Notes: a model not told the origin generated them from the letters alone. 64,000 bases of DNA from Candidatus Altiarchaeota archaeon (GCA_043800705.1 JAZDMS010000010.1:128001-192000), one strand, 5' to 3'; shown: positions 48,044 to 58,064, counted from the first letter of the stretch. Made by a program: numbers and translations.

Positions 48044-48086
48044 GTCTGCAGGCGATATTTATACCACTCTATTAATTATATTACCT

Positions 48087-48176
48087 ATGCCATGCGGTAG
48101 GAAAAGGAAGCTTCAGAAGATGCGCAAGCACAAGCTGAAGAAGAGAAGGAAGAAGATGCGGCACCTGAAGAAGTAG
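48087..48176 (+). CDS. AURKAIP1/COX24 (bS22/mS38-like) small basic protein (not in ORF track)
   Basis: MPCGRKRKLQKMRKHKLKKRRKKMRHLKK*; TTTATA box at 48058-48063. Confidence 0.85.
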   Translation: MPCGRKRKLQKMRKHKLKKRRKKMRHLKK

Positions 48177-48180
48177 GCGC

Positions 48181-49956
48181 TCAGCCTCTTCTCAACTGGT
48201 ATGCGAGATATGCGACTGCGACGAAGATTATCGCCCCCACCACTGCTACGGCGTATCCCGAATCGTCTTCTGCCCTCTTTCTGACCGCCTTATAGGTGGT
48301 TGTCGTGGATTCCGTCGTTGAAGTCGTGGTGGTCTCCACTATGGCGTCCTTTTCGCAGAGGCCAATCAGGCGTTCTGCGGACAAAGCAGCCTGCGGGTCG
48401 CCTATCGCCCTGTATTTCTCCACGGCCTTCCTCGCATATTCGAGGCACATGTCGCCCGTGCCGTTCACATACTGCGCCTCTGCAGAGCCTAAAAGGCCGT
48501 CAGCCTCCGCGCGGGCTCCTGCGTTTTTCTCGGCGTCTCGGATATAGTTTCCCATCCGTTCGTCAAGCTTCGCCGACCTCTCCAATCCGTCTGTGAAATT
48601 ATGCCGCAGATAGGCTGCTCTCGCATTCTTGAGGTGAGGTTCGGCCTGGGCATATTTGCCTTCCTGGGCGTATTTCTCGGCCTTTTTGAAGGCGTCGTCG
48701 GCCAATGCGATGTCGAGAGCCTTCATCTCGAGGTATCTGGCGTCGGATGCGTTGGATTTCGCACTCATCCTGTCGTATGCCGTGTAGGCGCTTCGCGCAT
48801 ATTCTGCCGAGATGTTATACTCCTTGCCGGCAAAAGCTGCGAGCGCCTTGGCGTATGTGGCGTCGGCTTCCTTGCCGATGAAGAAGCCCATGTCGATGCT
48901 GACTGCCTGGATCCCGTCCCTCAATCCGACGATGATCATGGGGTTTGCGCCTTCCTCGGAGACTTTGACCGCTTGCGCACGTTCCCTCAGCCTGTATCTC
49001 AGCAGTTCCTTGCCTTCTTTGTCGAGGAAAAGCAGCATGTCGTCGCTTGCGACTACGAGATACCTATTCTTCTGGATCCCTACAGTGCCTAAATCGGCGG
49101 TTTTTTCGGCCTTTGCCGTCCAGATCTCGTTGCCGCCATTGTCGTAGGAACGCAGCATCCCGTTCGAGTATCCGATGTATTGGGGTATCCCGTCCCCCTT
49201 AAGGTCCGCGACGATCGTGTTCTCGTATTTGTCGCCTGATGAAACATTCCACACGGCATATCCTCTGGCGTCGACCAGCGTCATCCCTCCGTAGCCTCCG
49301 GCAAGGAACGAATAATCCTTCACGGTTTTGTTCTTTAGCTCGGATGCGTTTCCAGCCGGGGGGACCGGCGTCACGTGCCATAGGCTGAATTCAGTCGTTA
49401 TATTGAGGATTTCACTTCCGTTCTGGGCGAACACCCTGACAGTGTCGTCCATCGAGGAGGTTATTATCTCCTCTTTGCCGTCTCCGTCGACGTCCCTGAA
49501 GGAGATGGATGTCACCTGTCCTATTCCTCTCACCATCCACTCGAGGCGGGTGTATGTTCTCTTCAGATGCACGTCCGGCATCCTCTGAAACCTGTATAGG
49601 CGGTGGTCTGTGATGAGCCCCGCATTTATAACCGCGGATGTCACGATATCCGGGAAGCCGTTCCGGTCAATGTCGGACACGGCAGCGGTGTAGGTCTCCT
49701 CTTTCCCGCTCTCCTGGCCCCCCTCCCTGGATGCGACGGTCTCATAGAGCAGATTGCCTTCCAGGTCGTAGGCATACACCATCGTCCTCTCCCCGACGCT
49801 CACAGCATATGCTTCAGGGCCGCCCTCTCCGTCTACGTCAAGGACGTATATGCCCTGTACGCCCCCCTGTATGTGGTGGTACCAATCCTCGCTCACCTGT
49901 TCCTGGGCAATGGCCGCCTGGGACAGAAGGATTAGTGCGACAAGCGCCCATCTCAT
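48181..49956 (-). CDS. secreted FG-GAP/VCBS beta-propeller + helical repeat protein with C-terminal TM
   Basis: Signal peptide, DVDGEG/DIDRNG/DVDGDG/DLKGDG repeats, Thr linker, TM-RRG tail. Confidence 0.8.
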   Translation of the reverse strand: MRWALVALILLSQAAIAQEQVSEDWYHHIQGGVQGIYVLDVDGEGGPEAYAVSVGERTMVYAYDLEGNLLYETVASREGGQESGKEETYTAAVSDIDRNGFPDIVTSAVINAGLITDHRLYRFQRMPDVHLKRTYTRLEWMVRGIGQVTSISFRDVDGDGKEEIITSSMDDTVRVFAQNGSEILNITTEFSLWHVTPVPPAGNASELKNKTVKDYSFLAGGYGGMTLVDARGYAVWNVSSGDKYENTIVADLKGDGIPQYIGYSNGMLRSYDNGGNEIWTAKAEKTADLGTVGIQKNRYLVVASDDMLLFLDKEGKELLRYRLRERAQAVKVSEEGANPMIIVGLRDGIQAVSIDMGFFIGKEADATYAKALAAFAGKEYNISAEYARSAYTAYDRMSAKSNASDARYLEMKALDIALADDAFKKAEKYAQEGKYAQAEPHLKNARAAYLRHNFTDGLERSAKLDERMGNYIRDAEKNAGARAEADGLLGSAEAQYVNGTGDMCLEYARKAVEKYRAIGDPQAALSAERLIGLCEKDAIVETTTTSTTESTTTTYKAVRKRAEDDSGYAVAVVGAIIFVAVAYLAYQLRRG

Positions 49957-50042
49957 CGGATAACTAATCGCATGCCAACCTTTAATACTGTCCGGAGATT
50001 TACGGGGAAGACTAATAAGCGTGCGCGGACTATGAGGTATCT

Positions 50043-50420
50043 ATGACCACTTTTCAGGAGCTGGTCGGGCTGATGGCCCGCCTGAGGGGGCCGGACGGCT
50101 GCGCATGGGACAGGGAGCAGACCATAGGCGATTTCAAGGTCCACTTCAGGAATGAGTCGCAGGAGGTCCTCGACGCCCTGGAGCGCAAAGACTATGAAAA
50201 CCTCAAGGAGGAGCTGGGAGACGTCCTCTGGCACGTCATATTCATCTCGGAAATCGCCAGGCAGGAGGGGCGGTTCTCGGTGGAGGACGTCATGGACGGC
50301 CTGAAGGAAAAGATGATGCGCAGGCACCCCCACGTCTTCGGCGGAAAAAAACTGTCAACAAGCGGGGAAGTGATGCGGGAATACCGGAAGATCAAGGCGG
50401 CCGAGAAGCGAAAGCAGTGA
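50043..50420 (+). CDS. mazG: MazG-family nucleotide pyrophosphohydrolase (single domain)
   Basis: LRGPDGCAWDREQT, EELGD, RRHPHVF. Confidence 0.92.
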   Translation: MTTFQELVGLMARLRGPDGCAWDREQTIGDFKVHFRNESQEVLDALERKDYENLKEELGDVLWHVIFISEIARQEGRFSVEDVMDGLKEKMMRRHPHVFGGKKLSTSGEVMREYRKIKAAEKRKQ

Positions 50421-50510
50421 GAGGCTCGGGCGCAGAGCATCGCACAAGAGGCAGATATTTATATTCCCCTGCTGCGAGTATTATCTTGGGTGTTTTCATT
50501 GTCAGACGAC

Positions 50511-50873
50511 ATGGAATACGAATACCATAATCTCGGAAACGACTACTACAAGCTCGGCGACTATAAGCGCGCCGTGGACCATTACACAAAGGCGATCATG
50601 CTGAAGCCCGACATGCTGGAGTCCTTCTTCAACCGCGGCCTCGCATACACGAGGATGCGAGAGTTCGAAAAGGCCGTGGAGGACCACACACAGGTGATCA
50701 AGCTGGACCCCGACCTTGTGGAGGCGTACTATACTCGCGGCCTCCTGTACGAGTACATGAAGCAGTACGATAACGCAGTCGGCGACTACAACCGGGTCAT
50801 GTCCCTGAAGCCTGACTATGAGGAAGTGAAGGAGCAGCGGGACATCGCGTTGAGGAAGAAGCTCAGCGGCTGA
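50511..50873 (+). CDS. TPR repeat protein
   Basis: Three canonical TPRs (NLG, NRG, TRG). Confidence 0.88.
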   Translation: MEYEYHNLGNDYYKLGDYKRAVDHYTKAIMLKPDMLESFFNRGLAYTRMREFEKAVEDHTQVIKLDPDLVEAYYTRGLLYEYMKQYDNAVGDYNRVMSLKPDYEEVKEQRDIALRKKLSG

Positions 50874-50885
50874 CTTTTCGGGCCG

Positions 50886-51632
50886 TTATCCTATCTTGTG
50901 CGCGAATTTTACGGCGGCTACGAGCGCAATGAAACCGATGGCGAGGATCATAAGGTATGTCATCGGGCTTGTGCCTTTGGCCTTCTCCCTGTCCCCTAAG
51001 GTGGTCGTAGTCTGCGGATTGAGCGGCCTATAGCATGAGGGGAGGTTATCCGAGCACTGACAGAGTATCTTCGTCGACGAGTTTCCGAAGCACGAAATCA
51101 CGCCGGCATTCTCCCCTGCGCAGTACGACATGCAATGTTCCAGGCATCCTGCGCATACGGGGTGGTTTTCCGGGTTGCAGCAGTCCGGTTTTCCGTTGGC
51201 GTCCGCGTCGTATTCTACGCTGCAGACGTATTCGGTCGCCCCGCAGATCCTGTTCTCGGGCAGCGTGTAGGTCGTTGCGGTGATCGGCCTGCCTGAAGAG
51301 CCGCTATCCGGATTTTTTCCTGGTTCGATCCTTTTTCTCTCCAGGCTTATGGGTATCGTTGTGGACGGGTACGTGGTGTTCCTGGCTTTCCTGTATCCAG
51401 CTCTTCCAAACTCCTCGGGGGGGATGCTTTCGATGCTCTCCTCCAAAGGTTCATCGGGTTGGTCGGAGGATATCGGGACCCCAAAGCTGCCTGGCGAATA
51501 GGAGTCGTCGGGGTAGACGGGCCCCTGCCCCAGGGTGTTTGTCGTAGTCGTGTATGGCTCCTCCTGGCCGCAGGCGGGGCAAACCATCGCGACAAGCACT
51601 GATAGCACGATTAAATACGCGTATTCACTCAT
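50886..51632 (-). CDS. secreted Cys-rich protein with C-terminal TM
   Basis: Signal peptide, about 12 Cys, Thr linker, TM tail. Confidence 0.75.
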   Translation of the reverse strand: MSEYAYLIVLSVLVAMVCPACGQEEPYTTTTNTLGQGPVYPDDSYSPGSFGVPISSDQPDEPLEESIESIPPEEFGRAGYRKARNTTYPSTTIPISLERKRIEPGKNPDSGSSGRPITATTYTLPENRICGATEYVCSVEYDADANGKPDCCNPENHPVCAGCLEHCMSYCAGENAGVISCFGNSSTKILCQCSDNLPSCYRPLNPQTTTTLGDREKAKGTSPMTYLMILAIGFIALVAAVKFAHKIG

Positions 51633-51701
51633 AAGACACTCAATACTATTTGTCCAAGGGGATTAAAAACATCGAATCCCATTTTTGGCAAGAGGACAGG
51701 T

Positions 51702-52379
51702 ATGAGCAGGCTGGGCGGATTGGGCGGGGGCGTGAAGGATAGGGCGTTGCCGGGAGCCAGTTCGCTATCCCAGATGGGGATGGTCGCCGCCGCCATTCTG
51801 CTGATACTCGCGGTCATCGGGACGGCCATCATCGCCGCAGCAGTATACTCCATGCTCGCGTCGGGGGCCCTGTCGTCCTCGTCCCCCCCGGCTGTTTCGT
51901 CCACGACCGTTTCGTCCACGACCTCGACGATCGCCTCCTTCACAACCACGTCGACCACGACCACTACGACCTCGTCGACCCTCGTCTCATCGACGACGAC
52001 CTCTTCGACGACGACCTCGACCCTCTCGAAGGACACGATCGCATTCTGCATGCGCAGCAGGATGAACGAGATATTCGTCTACGGCAGCAGCCTTCCGTCC
52101 GTCAACCTCAAGAACTACCTGAGCGGTTACGCCGCGCTCTTCTCGTACACGGACTGCTCTACCGACGAGGACAAGAAGACGTGCACGGAGACGATGAGGG
52201 CATACGCAAATGACAGCAGCCTCTATCTGCCTAACGGGAAATCCACGACCGTCATCCTCTATCCTGTAGTCATCCTCAGCAAGGACAACGCTGCCCACAT
52301 AGTGCCGTCCGTGGGTGAATTTGAGAAACTAATGGATTGCGGAAGCCTGAAAAACAGCTTTAATTCTACTCGGCCATAA
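51702..52379 (+). CDS. membrane-anchored Thr-rich protein with degenerate thioredoxin-like domain
   Basis: TM, poly-Thr, IAFC…YTDC…C…YP…LMDC pattern without CxxC. Confidence 0.6.
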   Translation: MSRLGGLGGGVKDRALPGASSLSQMGMVAAAILLILAVIGTAIIAAAVYSMLASGALSSSSPPAVSSTTVSSTTSTIASFTTTSTTTTTTSSTLVSSTTTSSTTTSTLSKDTIAFCMRSRMNEIFVYGSSLPSVNLKNYLSGYAALFSYTDCSTDEDKKTCTETMRAYANDSSLYLPNGKSTTVILYPVVILSKDNAAHIVPSVGEFEKLMDCGSLKNSFNSTRP

Positions 52380-52387
52380 TTCATCTC

Positions 52388-53185
52388 ATGCGCGTGATCT
52401 ACGTCGCATTGGCGGCTGTTCTCATGTCGTCGCATTCCTTTGCGCAGACCTCTCCCTGGAGGGTCGTCGTCCTGGCAAACAGCGTTGATGGGGGATTGGC
52501 CCATGATTTCTACGGCTACCTGGAGGGGCGCGGAATCGAGGTCGTGAGGGTCGACGCCGGCGCATTCGACAAACTTAAGGACACCCCTTTTATCGTCGTC
52601 CTCGGGGGGCAGAACAGTCCGGAGGGCGTCGGCGCCATCGCCGGCGGCATTCTCGACGCGGAGCAGAAACGGTCCATTCTCAGCTCAGGTGCCAGGGGAG
52701 CCTTCGAGAGGGACGGCGCGTTCGCAAGCGGGCAGAAGGTCTTCCTTTTCGCAGGCTACGGGGCGCAAGACACGAAGGCTGCATGGCTGGATGGCATGGG
52801 GCGCGTCGCCGATTCGATTATAGGCGATGCATGGGGCATCGGCGTAAGTGCGCCGCCCGCTGTCAGCATCGCGCCGAAGAGCAACACCCTCTCCTTCAGT
52901 TTCCCTATAAACGTTTCGAACTCCGGCAACTCCTCCGTGGCCGGCCTCGCCGTCGAAGCATACCTTAACGGGGGTATGCGCCTTGAAACGGAACCAGGAA
53001 GCATTGGCCTCGGCCCCGGCGACTCCATGAAGGTGATGGTGCGGCTTAATCCGAAAAACGTCTCCGACTCCGACGTCGTCACGGTACGGGTCGGCGGCGC
53101 CAGCTCTTCGGTGAGGCTCAACGTCTCCGGATACGAGCGCATCGACAAGCCGTGCAACATATGCGCAGCGAGCGGTGTGCCATGA
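52388..53185 (+). CDS. secreted S-layer-like + Ig-like protein with terminal CxxC
   Basis: VVLANSVD, IVVLGGQNSPEG, LFAG; C-terminal CNIC. Confidence 0.65.
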   Translation: MRVIYVALAAVLMSSHSFAQTSPWRVVVLANSVDGGLAHDFYGYLEGRGIEVVRVDAGAFDKLKDTPFIVVLGGQNSPEGVGAIAGGILDAEQKRSILSSGARGAFERDGAFASGQKVFLFAGYGAQDTKAAWLDGMGRVADSIIGDAWGIGVSAPPAVSIAPKSNTLSFSFPINVSNSGNSSVAGLAVEAYLNGGMRLETEPGSIGLGPGDSMKVMVRLNPKNVSDSDVVTVRVGGASSSVRLNVSGYERIDKPCNICAASGVP

Positions 53186-53979
53186 ACCTCTCCCTCTTCG
53201 CATCATTCGGGCTCATGGCCGCGCTGGTACTGAGCCTCGTCTTGGCAGCCGTATATCTCGCGCAGGAGGGTGCGGGAAGCGTCCAACCAGACAAGGGCCT
53301 GGCCAGTCCGAAAGACAAAGGATTGGCGGAGGCCTTCCTGGCTTTGTCAGGCATCCCTTCGACCTCGACGACCCTGGGTGCCAATAAACACATGTGGGTC
53401 GCGTATTCCCCAAAGAAGATCTATCGGGGAGGCGACGCCAGACTGAACGTGTTCTCAGACGGGCTGCCTCTGAAAGGAGCATCCATATACGTCGACGGCT
53501 CGTTCCTTTACCAGACATTGGATGACGACTACCCCCTCATGGGCCTTGAAGGCGGCAGCCACGACGTCGTCGTTCAGCTTGACGGATACGGGAACGCCTC
53601 TGTGACGATCGTAGTCGATTCCAAGACATACGCGGAATCGGAAGACCTCAAAGTCGGGCTGACGGATGCGCAGCGCAGGGGCAAATTATTGGCGGGGATG
53701 GCATACATCCGGCTCTATGAGGTCCCTGCATGCGTGAACTGCAAGATCATGGCAGACAGGATCGCCGCAATAGCCGACAAAAACCACGAATGCCTCGATT
53801 ACGAACGCCTGGGTTACTGGGCCCACATAGACGAACTAGAGGGGGAATTCGAGCCCATGGACGCGCTGCCGAACATCATAATCGAGGGAAAAAACGGCAG
53901 AGCCAAACTCACAGGTCTTGTGGACTCTTCGGATCTGAAGGCCAAGATCCGGGAAGTGTCGGAATGCGACCTGGCATGA
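53182..53979 (+). CDS. membrane-anchored PEGA-like + thioredoxin protein
   Basis: GASIYVDG..GSHDVVV..GY; CVNC; LP.IIIEG. Confidence 0.75.
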   Translation: MNLSLFASFGLMAALVLSLVLAAVYLAQEGAGSVQPDKGLASPKDKGLAEAFLALSGIPSTSTTLGANKHMWVAYSPKKIYRGGDARLNVFSDGLPLKGASIYVDGSFLYQTLDDDYPLMGLEGGSHDVVVQLDGYGNASVTIVVDSKTYAESEDLKVGLTDAQRRGKLLAGMAYIRLYEVPACVNCKIMADRIAAIADKNHECLDYERLGYWAHIDELEGEFEPMDALPNIIIEGKNGRAKLTGLVDSSDLKAKIREVSECDLA

Positions 53980-54032
53980 GCTGGGATTTATACTCCGGCG
54001 GCCTAATTTATTTGGCTCCCTTTAAAGATCAT

Positions 54033-54866
54033 ATGAATGTCCAGATGGTATTGTTGTTCGGGTTCATACTCTTCATGTTCGTGGCGATCGCAGTCCTGGT
54101 CGGGGGAATAATATACCTGGATTCGTCGAATCCCGGCGTATCTGTGTCGATGCCTCAAACGCAGACTTCCACGACCTCGTCATCCACGACCTCGACGTCG
54201 ACGACGTCGTCGACGCAGGCGCCGCCTGAGGAGCCGACGACGACCACGGCGTCTACGACGACAACCCTCCAACTGAAGCCGCTTCTGGCCTCATTCTCTC
54301 CGAAGGATCCCTACAAGGGCGACGACGTCATCGTGAACGCATCATCCTACGGCACACGGCTAGAAGGGCTCTCGGTCTACCTGGATGGAAGGCTCTACGG
54401 CGGATGCGACATCCAATGCGAGCTTCTGAGCATGGGGGGCGGAAGCCATACCGTTGTCTTGGCAAAGATGGGCTACGAGAACGCGACCCTGACGGTCGAG
54501 CTCGCCCCGACGACGTACGCCAACTCGCCGGCAGTCCGGACGAAACTGACGCCCGCCCAGCGGCAGGCGGCGATGAACGCGGGGAAGGCGAGCCTCAGGG
54601 TATACGACAGCCCGGGGTGCACCATCTGCGCCCAGGTGATGCCGATGATCAACAAGTTCGTGGACAACAACCGGGAGTGCGTCGCCTACGAGAAGCTGCA
54701 CGCATACGACCACGTGAGCGACCCGGACGTCAAGTCGTTCGGGGTCACCACGTTCCCGCTTATAGTGGTCGAAGGCTCGCGCGGAAAGTTCAAGGCCAAC
54801 GGCTACGTCACGGCGGCGATGATCAACAACCTGGTCGTCCAGGCTTCGGGGTGCGCCGCAGGATGA
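54033..54866 (+). CDS. membrane-anchored PEGA-like + thioredoxin protein (paralog of upstream gene)
   Basis: TM, Thr linker, GLSVYLDG..GSHTVV..GY; CTIC; FP.IVVEG. Confidence 0.78.
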   Translation: MNVQMVLLFGFILFMFVAIAVLVGGIIYLDSSNPGVSVSMPQTQTSTTSSSTTSTSTTSSTQAPPEEPTTTTASTTTTLQLKPLLASFSPKDPYKGDDVIVNASSYGTRLEGLSVYLDGRLYGGCDIQCELLSMGGGSHTVVLAKMGYENATLTVELAPTTYANSPAVRTKLTPAQRQAAMNAGKASLRVYDSPGCTICAQVMPMINKFVDNNRECVAYEKLHAYDHVSDPDVKSFGVTTFPLIVVEGSRGKFKANGYVTAAMINNLVVQASGCAAG

Positions 54867-55522
54867 ACCCGGAACTCATTATCACAAGCGTCATGTCCGG
54901 GCTCTTCGCAGCATTCAGCCCATGCAGCATCCCTGTCTATCCCGTGATACTGAACCTGATAGCGTCTGAAAAGAAGGACAGGCGGTCGTCAGCCATCGCA
55001 TTCTGCATCGGCCTCAGCATCACCTTCACCGCCTTCTACATAGCGGTCGGCTTCAGCATCAAGATGCTCGGCGACTCGGCAGGCGACTTCCTCGGCAGGG
55101 TATACTTCGCAGCATACGCTTTGGCCGCACTATCCTGTTTCCTGTCCGTGATCCAGACGGTTTCTGAACTCCGGATTTTAAACTTTTCACTGGGGCCGAG
55201 ATTCGGCGCCCGCGGGGGGCTTTTCGGCGCCGTGCTGACCGGCGCGCTGTTCGCCACAATAGTCAGCCCGTGCAACCTCGCGTTCATCATAACGGGCATC
55301 CTGCCCGTGGTCCTCGCACGTCCCACGGTCGCGGAGGGCGTGGTCTACATGTTCGCCTTCAGCATGAGCCTTGGCGCTCCCATGATGGCGTTCGGCCTGC
55401 TGTCAGGGCATGCATTCGACTCCTGGCTGAAGCGGCACATGCGCGGCATCGAGCTGGCGTCCGCCGCATTCCTCGCAATAGCCGGCACATACCTCGCCTA
55501 CATGGCCTGGCTCAACATCTGA
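54863..55522 (+). CDS. ccdA: CcdA/DsbD-family transmembrane thiol-disulfide electron transporter
   Basis: FSPCSIPVYP and VSPCN; 6 TM. Confidence 0.88.
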   Translation: MNPELIITSVMSGLFAAFSPCSIPVYPVILNLIASEKKDRRSSAIAFCIGLSITFTAFYIAVGFSIKMLGDSAGDFLGRVYFAAYALAALSCFLSVIQTVSELRILNFSLGPRFGARGGLFGAVLTGALFATIVSPCNLAFIITGILPVVLARPTVAEGVVYMFAFSMSLGAPMMAFGLLSGHAFDSWLKRHMRGIELASAAFLAIAGTYLAYMAWLNI

Positions 55523-55526
55523 AGAA

Positions 55527-57254
55527 ATGGCTATCTGGAAACTAGACGACCTATACGGAGACCTTGGCGAAAAGGCCATAAAGGAGCGGCTCAGACGGAA
55601 GTCTGACGCATTCAAGGCCGTCCGAAAAACCCTTGATTCCAAGCCGTCCGGCGGAGAATTCACTCGGATACTCGAAGACCTCGAGGAAATCGACGTATTG
55701 GCGGGGAGGGTTTCGGCCTACGCCAACCTCCGGCTTTCAGAGGACACCGCGGATTCCGAAAGGACGGCGCATGAGGCAATGATATCGCAGCTCATCGCAG
55801 ACGTCGGCAACGACACTATGTTTTTCGGCCTCTGGTTCCGGGACCTTGGCGACGCCGATGCGGAAAGATACCTGGCTGTCTCAGGCAAGCACCGCTACCC
55901 CCTGCAGCGGATCAGGGCGTTCAAAAAGCACACGCTTAAGGAATCCGAGGAGATGATAATCAACCTCAAGGACCTGACAGGCTCGGAATCCGCGGTCCGG
56001 CTTTACGACATGCTCACCGGCCGCTACAGGTTCATGTTCGAGGGGAGGAAGCTGTCCTATGACGAGATAAGCCATTACAAGCTGAGCCCGAAGAGGGGGC
56101 AGAGGGTGGAAGCATACGGCGCGACGCTCCGCCAGTACGCGGCAGACGGCGCGATACTCGGGGAGATTTACCGCCCGGTCTTAAACGACTCGAGGAACGA
56201 GGACGTGAAACTTCGGCACTTTGACTCCCCCCTTGCAGCCGTGAACCTTGGCAACGACGTCCCGGACGCGGCAGTGGACAATCTCCTGGAATCGGTGCGC
56301 AAGAACAGGCGGCTCTTCCAGGGATACTTCAGGCTGAAGGCGAAGGTCACAGGCATCCGGAGGATGGACAGATACGACCTCTACGTCCCCCACAGGGACA
56401 GGGAAAGGAGATACCCATACACTGATTCGATGCGGACGACGCTCCAGGTCTTCCGCGGATTCAGCGAGGACGCATATCTTATGGCAAAGCGGGTCTTCGA
56501 CGAAGGCCACGTCCACTCCGAACTCACCCGGAACAAGCAGCCCGGCGCCTTCTGCCACACCGTGGTCAGGGGGATGACGCCGTACCTCATGCTAAACCAC
56601 GTCGGGAAGACCGAGGACCTGTTCACGATGGTCCATGAGACCGGCCACGCAGTCCACTCCATGGCAGCCGCAGGCCAGACGGAATCGACATACCGGCCCG
56701 CTCTGCCGCTTGCGGAGACGGCGTCGATATTCGCGGAGATGCTGCTTACAGAGAAACTCCTCGCCGAAGCTGAAGATTCGGAGCGGGCCTCCATCATGGT
56801 CCGGTCCCTGGACAGGCAGTACGCCACCATCATTCGGCAGGCGTATTTCGCGATCTTCGAGCGCACAGCGCACGGCCTTGTGGAAGGGGGCGCCTCCGTC
56901 GAGGGCCTGGATGCGGCGTACATGAAGAACCTCAGGGAACAGTTCGGGTCGTCGATGTCGGTCCCAGAGATCTTCAGGCACGAATGGAAGGGCATCCAGC
57001 ACATCTTCTACAGCCCCTTCTATTGCTACACCTACGCCCTCGCCAACCTCGTCGTCCTCGCGCTCTACCGGCAGTATCGGACCGAAGGGGAGTCCTTCGT
57101 CCCAAAATACATGCGGATACTCTCGATGGGCGGCTCGAAGAGCCCAAGAAGCATACTCGAGGAGGCGGGATTGGACATAACAAAGGACGGCTTCTGGCAG
57201 ATGGGATTCGACGCTATACGGGAGGAACTCATGCAGCTGAAGAGGATTATTTAA
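55527..57254 (+). CDS. M3B oligoendopeptidase F
   Basis: WKLDDLY, GAFC, HETGH, AETAS.F.E, HIF..PFY.Y.Y. Confidence 0.92.
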   Translation: MAIWKLDDLYGDLGEKAIKERLRRKSDAFKAVRKTLDSKPSGGEFTRILEDLEEIDVLAGRVSAYANLRLSEDTADSERTAHEAMISQLIADVGNDTMFFGLWFRDLGDADAERYLAVSGKHRYPLQRIRAFKKHTLKESEEMIINLKDLTGSESAVRLYDMLTGRYRFMFEGRKLSYDEISHYKLSPKRGQRVEAYGATLRQYAADGAILGEIYRPVLNDSRNEDVKLRHFDSPLAAVNLGNDVPDAAVDNLLESVRKNRRLFQGYFRLKAKVTGIRRMDRYDLYVPHRDRERRYPYTDSMRTTLQVFRGFSEDAYLMAKRVFDEGHVHSELTRNKQPGAFCHTVVRGMTPYLMLNHVGKTEDLFTMVHETGHAVHSMAAAGQTESTYRPALPLAETASIFAEMLLTEKLLAEAEDSERASIMVRSLDRQYATIIRQAYFAIFERTAHGLVEGGASVEGLDAAYMKNLREQFGSSMSVPEIFRHEWKGIQHIFYSPFYCYTYALANLVVLALYRQYRTEGESFVPKYMRILSMGGSKSPRSILEEAGLDITKDGFWQMGFDAIREELMQLKRII

Positions 57255-57277
57255 ATCATCCAGCATTGTATTCTACC

Positions 57278-57829
57278 ATGCGTCTTATAATCATTTTGGC
57301 AGCCATCGCGCTTGTCTGCGGCTGCACGTTTCTAGAGGAGAAAAGCCAGTACCAGTACGTCTGCCCCGGCGGGCAGGTGGTTGCGAACCCCAACGACTGC
57401 GTCGCGCCATCGACGAGCACCACAACAACAGAATCCACGACCTCGACAACCTCGACTACAACAACCTCGACCGCATCATCCTCTTCCACGACAACTTCGA
57501 CGAACGCCGCGGCCCCGTCCACCACTCTCCAGTGCCAGAGCCAGGACGTCGACGGATACCTCCTCGTCACCGACCACGAGGACCGCTGCTGGCGCGGCTA
57601 CAGGTTCAGGCTCGACAACCAGAAATGGGACTGCTCGATCCCCCGCGAAGGATGCCACCTCGGCATAATCGTCACGAGGCCGGGCGGGGAGGTAGCGCAG
57701 GTGACTGCCGCCCAGGGCGTAGACGGCAGGGTCTCGTTCGGAATCGACGGCTTCTTCGGGGAAGTCGCATGGACCCGGGACGACCTCTCCGGCAGGGAAG
57801 CCCTCTTCCTGGGAGTAATAAAATTCTGA
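57278..57829 (+). CDS. Thr-rich lipoprotein
   Basis: Lipobox-like LVCGC, YVCPGGQVV..C motif, poly-Thr. Confidence 0.75.
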   Translation: MRLIIILAAIALVCGCTFLEEKSQYQYVCPGGQVVANPNDCVAPSTSTTTTESTTSTTSTTTTSTASSSSTTTSTNAAAPSTTLQCQSQDVDGYLLVTDHEDRCWRGYRFRLDNQKWDCSIPREGCHLGIIVTRPGGEVAQVTAAQGVDGRVSFGIDGFFGEVAWTRDDLSGREALFLGVIKF

Positions 57830-57845
57830 ACCTCCGTCGCCCTGT

Positions 57846-58042
57846 AGTCTTCGGTCCTCGGTCTTCCGTCCTATCGGAGGTCTTCGGTCTTCCGTCCTAT
57901 TGGAGGTCTTCAGTCTTCCGTCTTCGGTCTTGTTGGAGGTCTTCGGTCTTCCGTCCTATTGGAGGTCTTCAGTCTTCCGTCTTCGGTCCTGCTGAAACTG
58001 AAAACTGAAGACAGCAGACTGAAGACCGTGGACTGCAGACTC
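57846..58042. repeat. heptamer array (NGTCTTC) with higher-order repeat and inverted tail
   Basis: NGTCTTC units separated by TCCTATTGGA; about 59-bp unit repeated at ~57876 and ~57935; then CTGAAGA-type units in the opposite orientation. Confidence 0.9.
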
Positions 58043-58064
58043 CGGATATATACCGGCTGTAGAT

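Noticed and set aside
50043-50873. MazG + TPR as an antiviral module
   Set aside because: MazG is of the housekeeping type and there is no defence-island context
51890-52025. ACG/ACC/TCG trinucleotide-like DNA repeats (also ~25660, ~54170, ~57410, ~60400)
   Set aside because: Explained by poly-Thr/Ser coding linkers
57846-58042. CRISPR array
   Set aside because: No unique spacers; the sequence is built from 7-bp units and no cas genes are present
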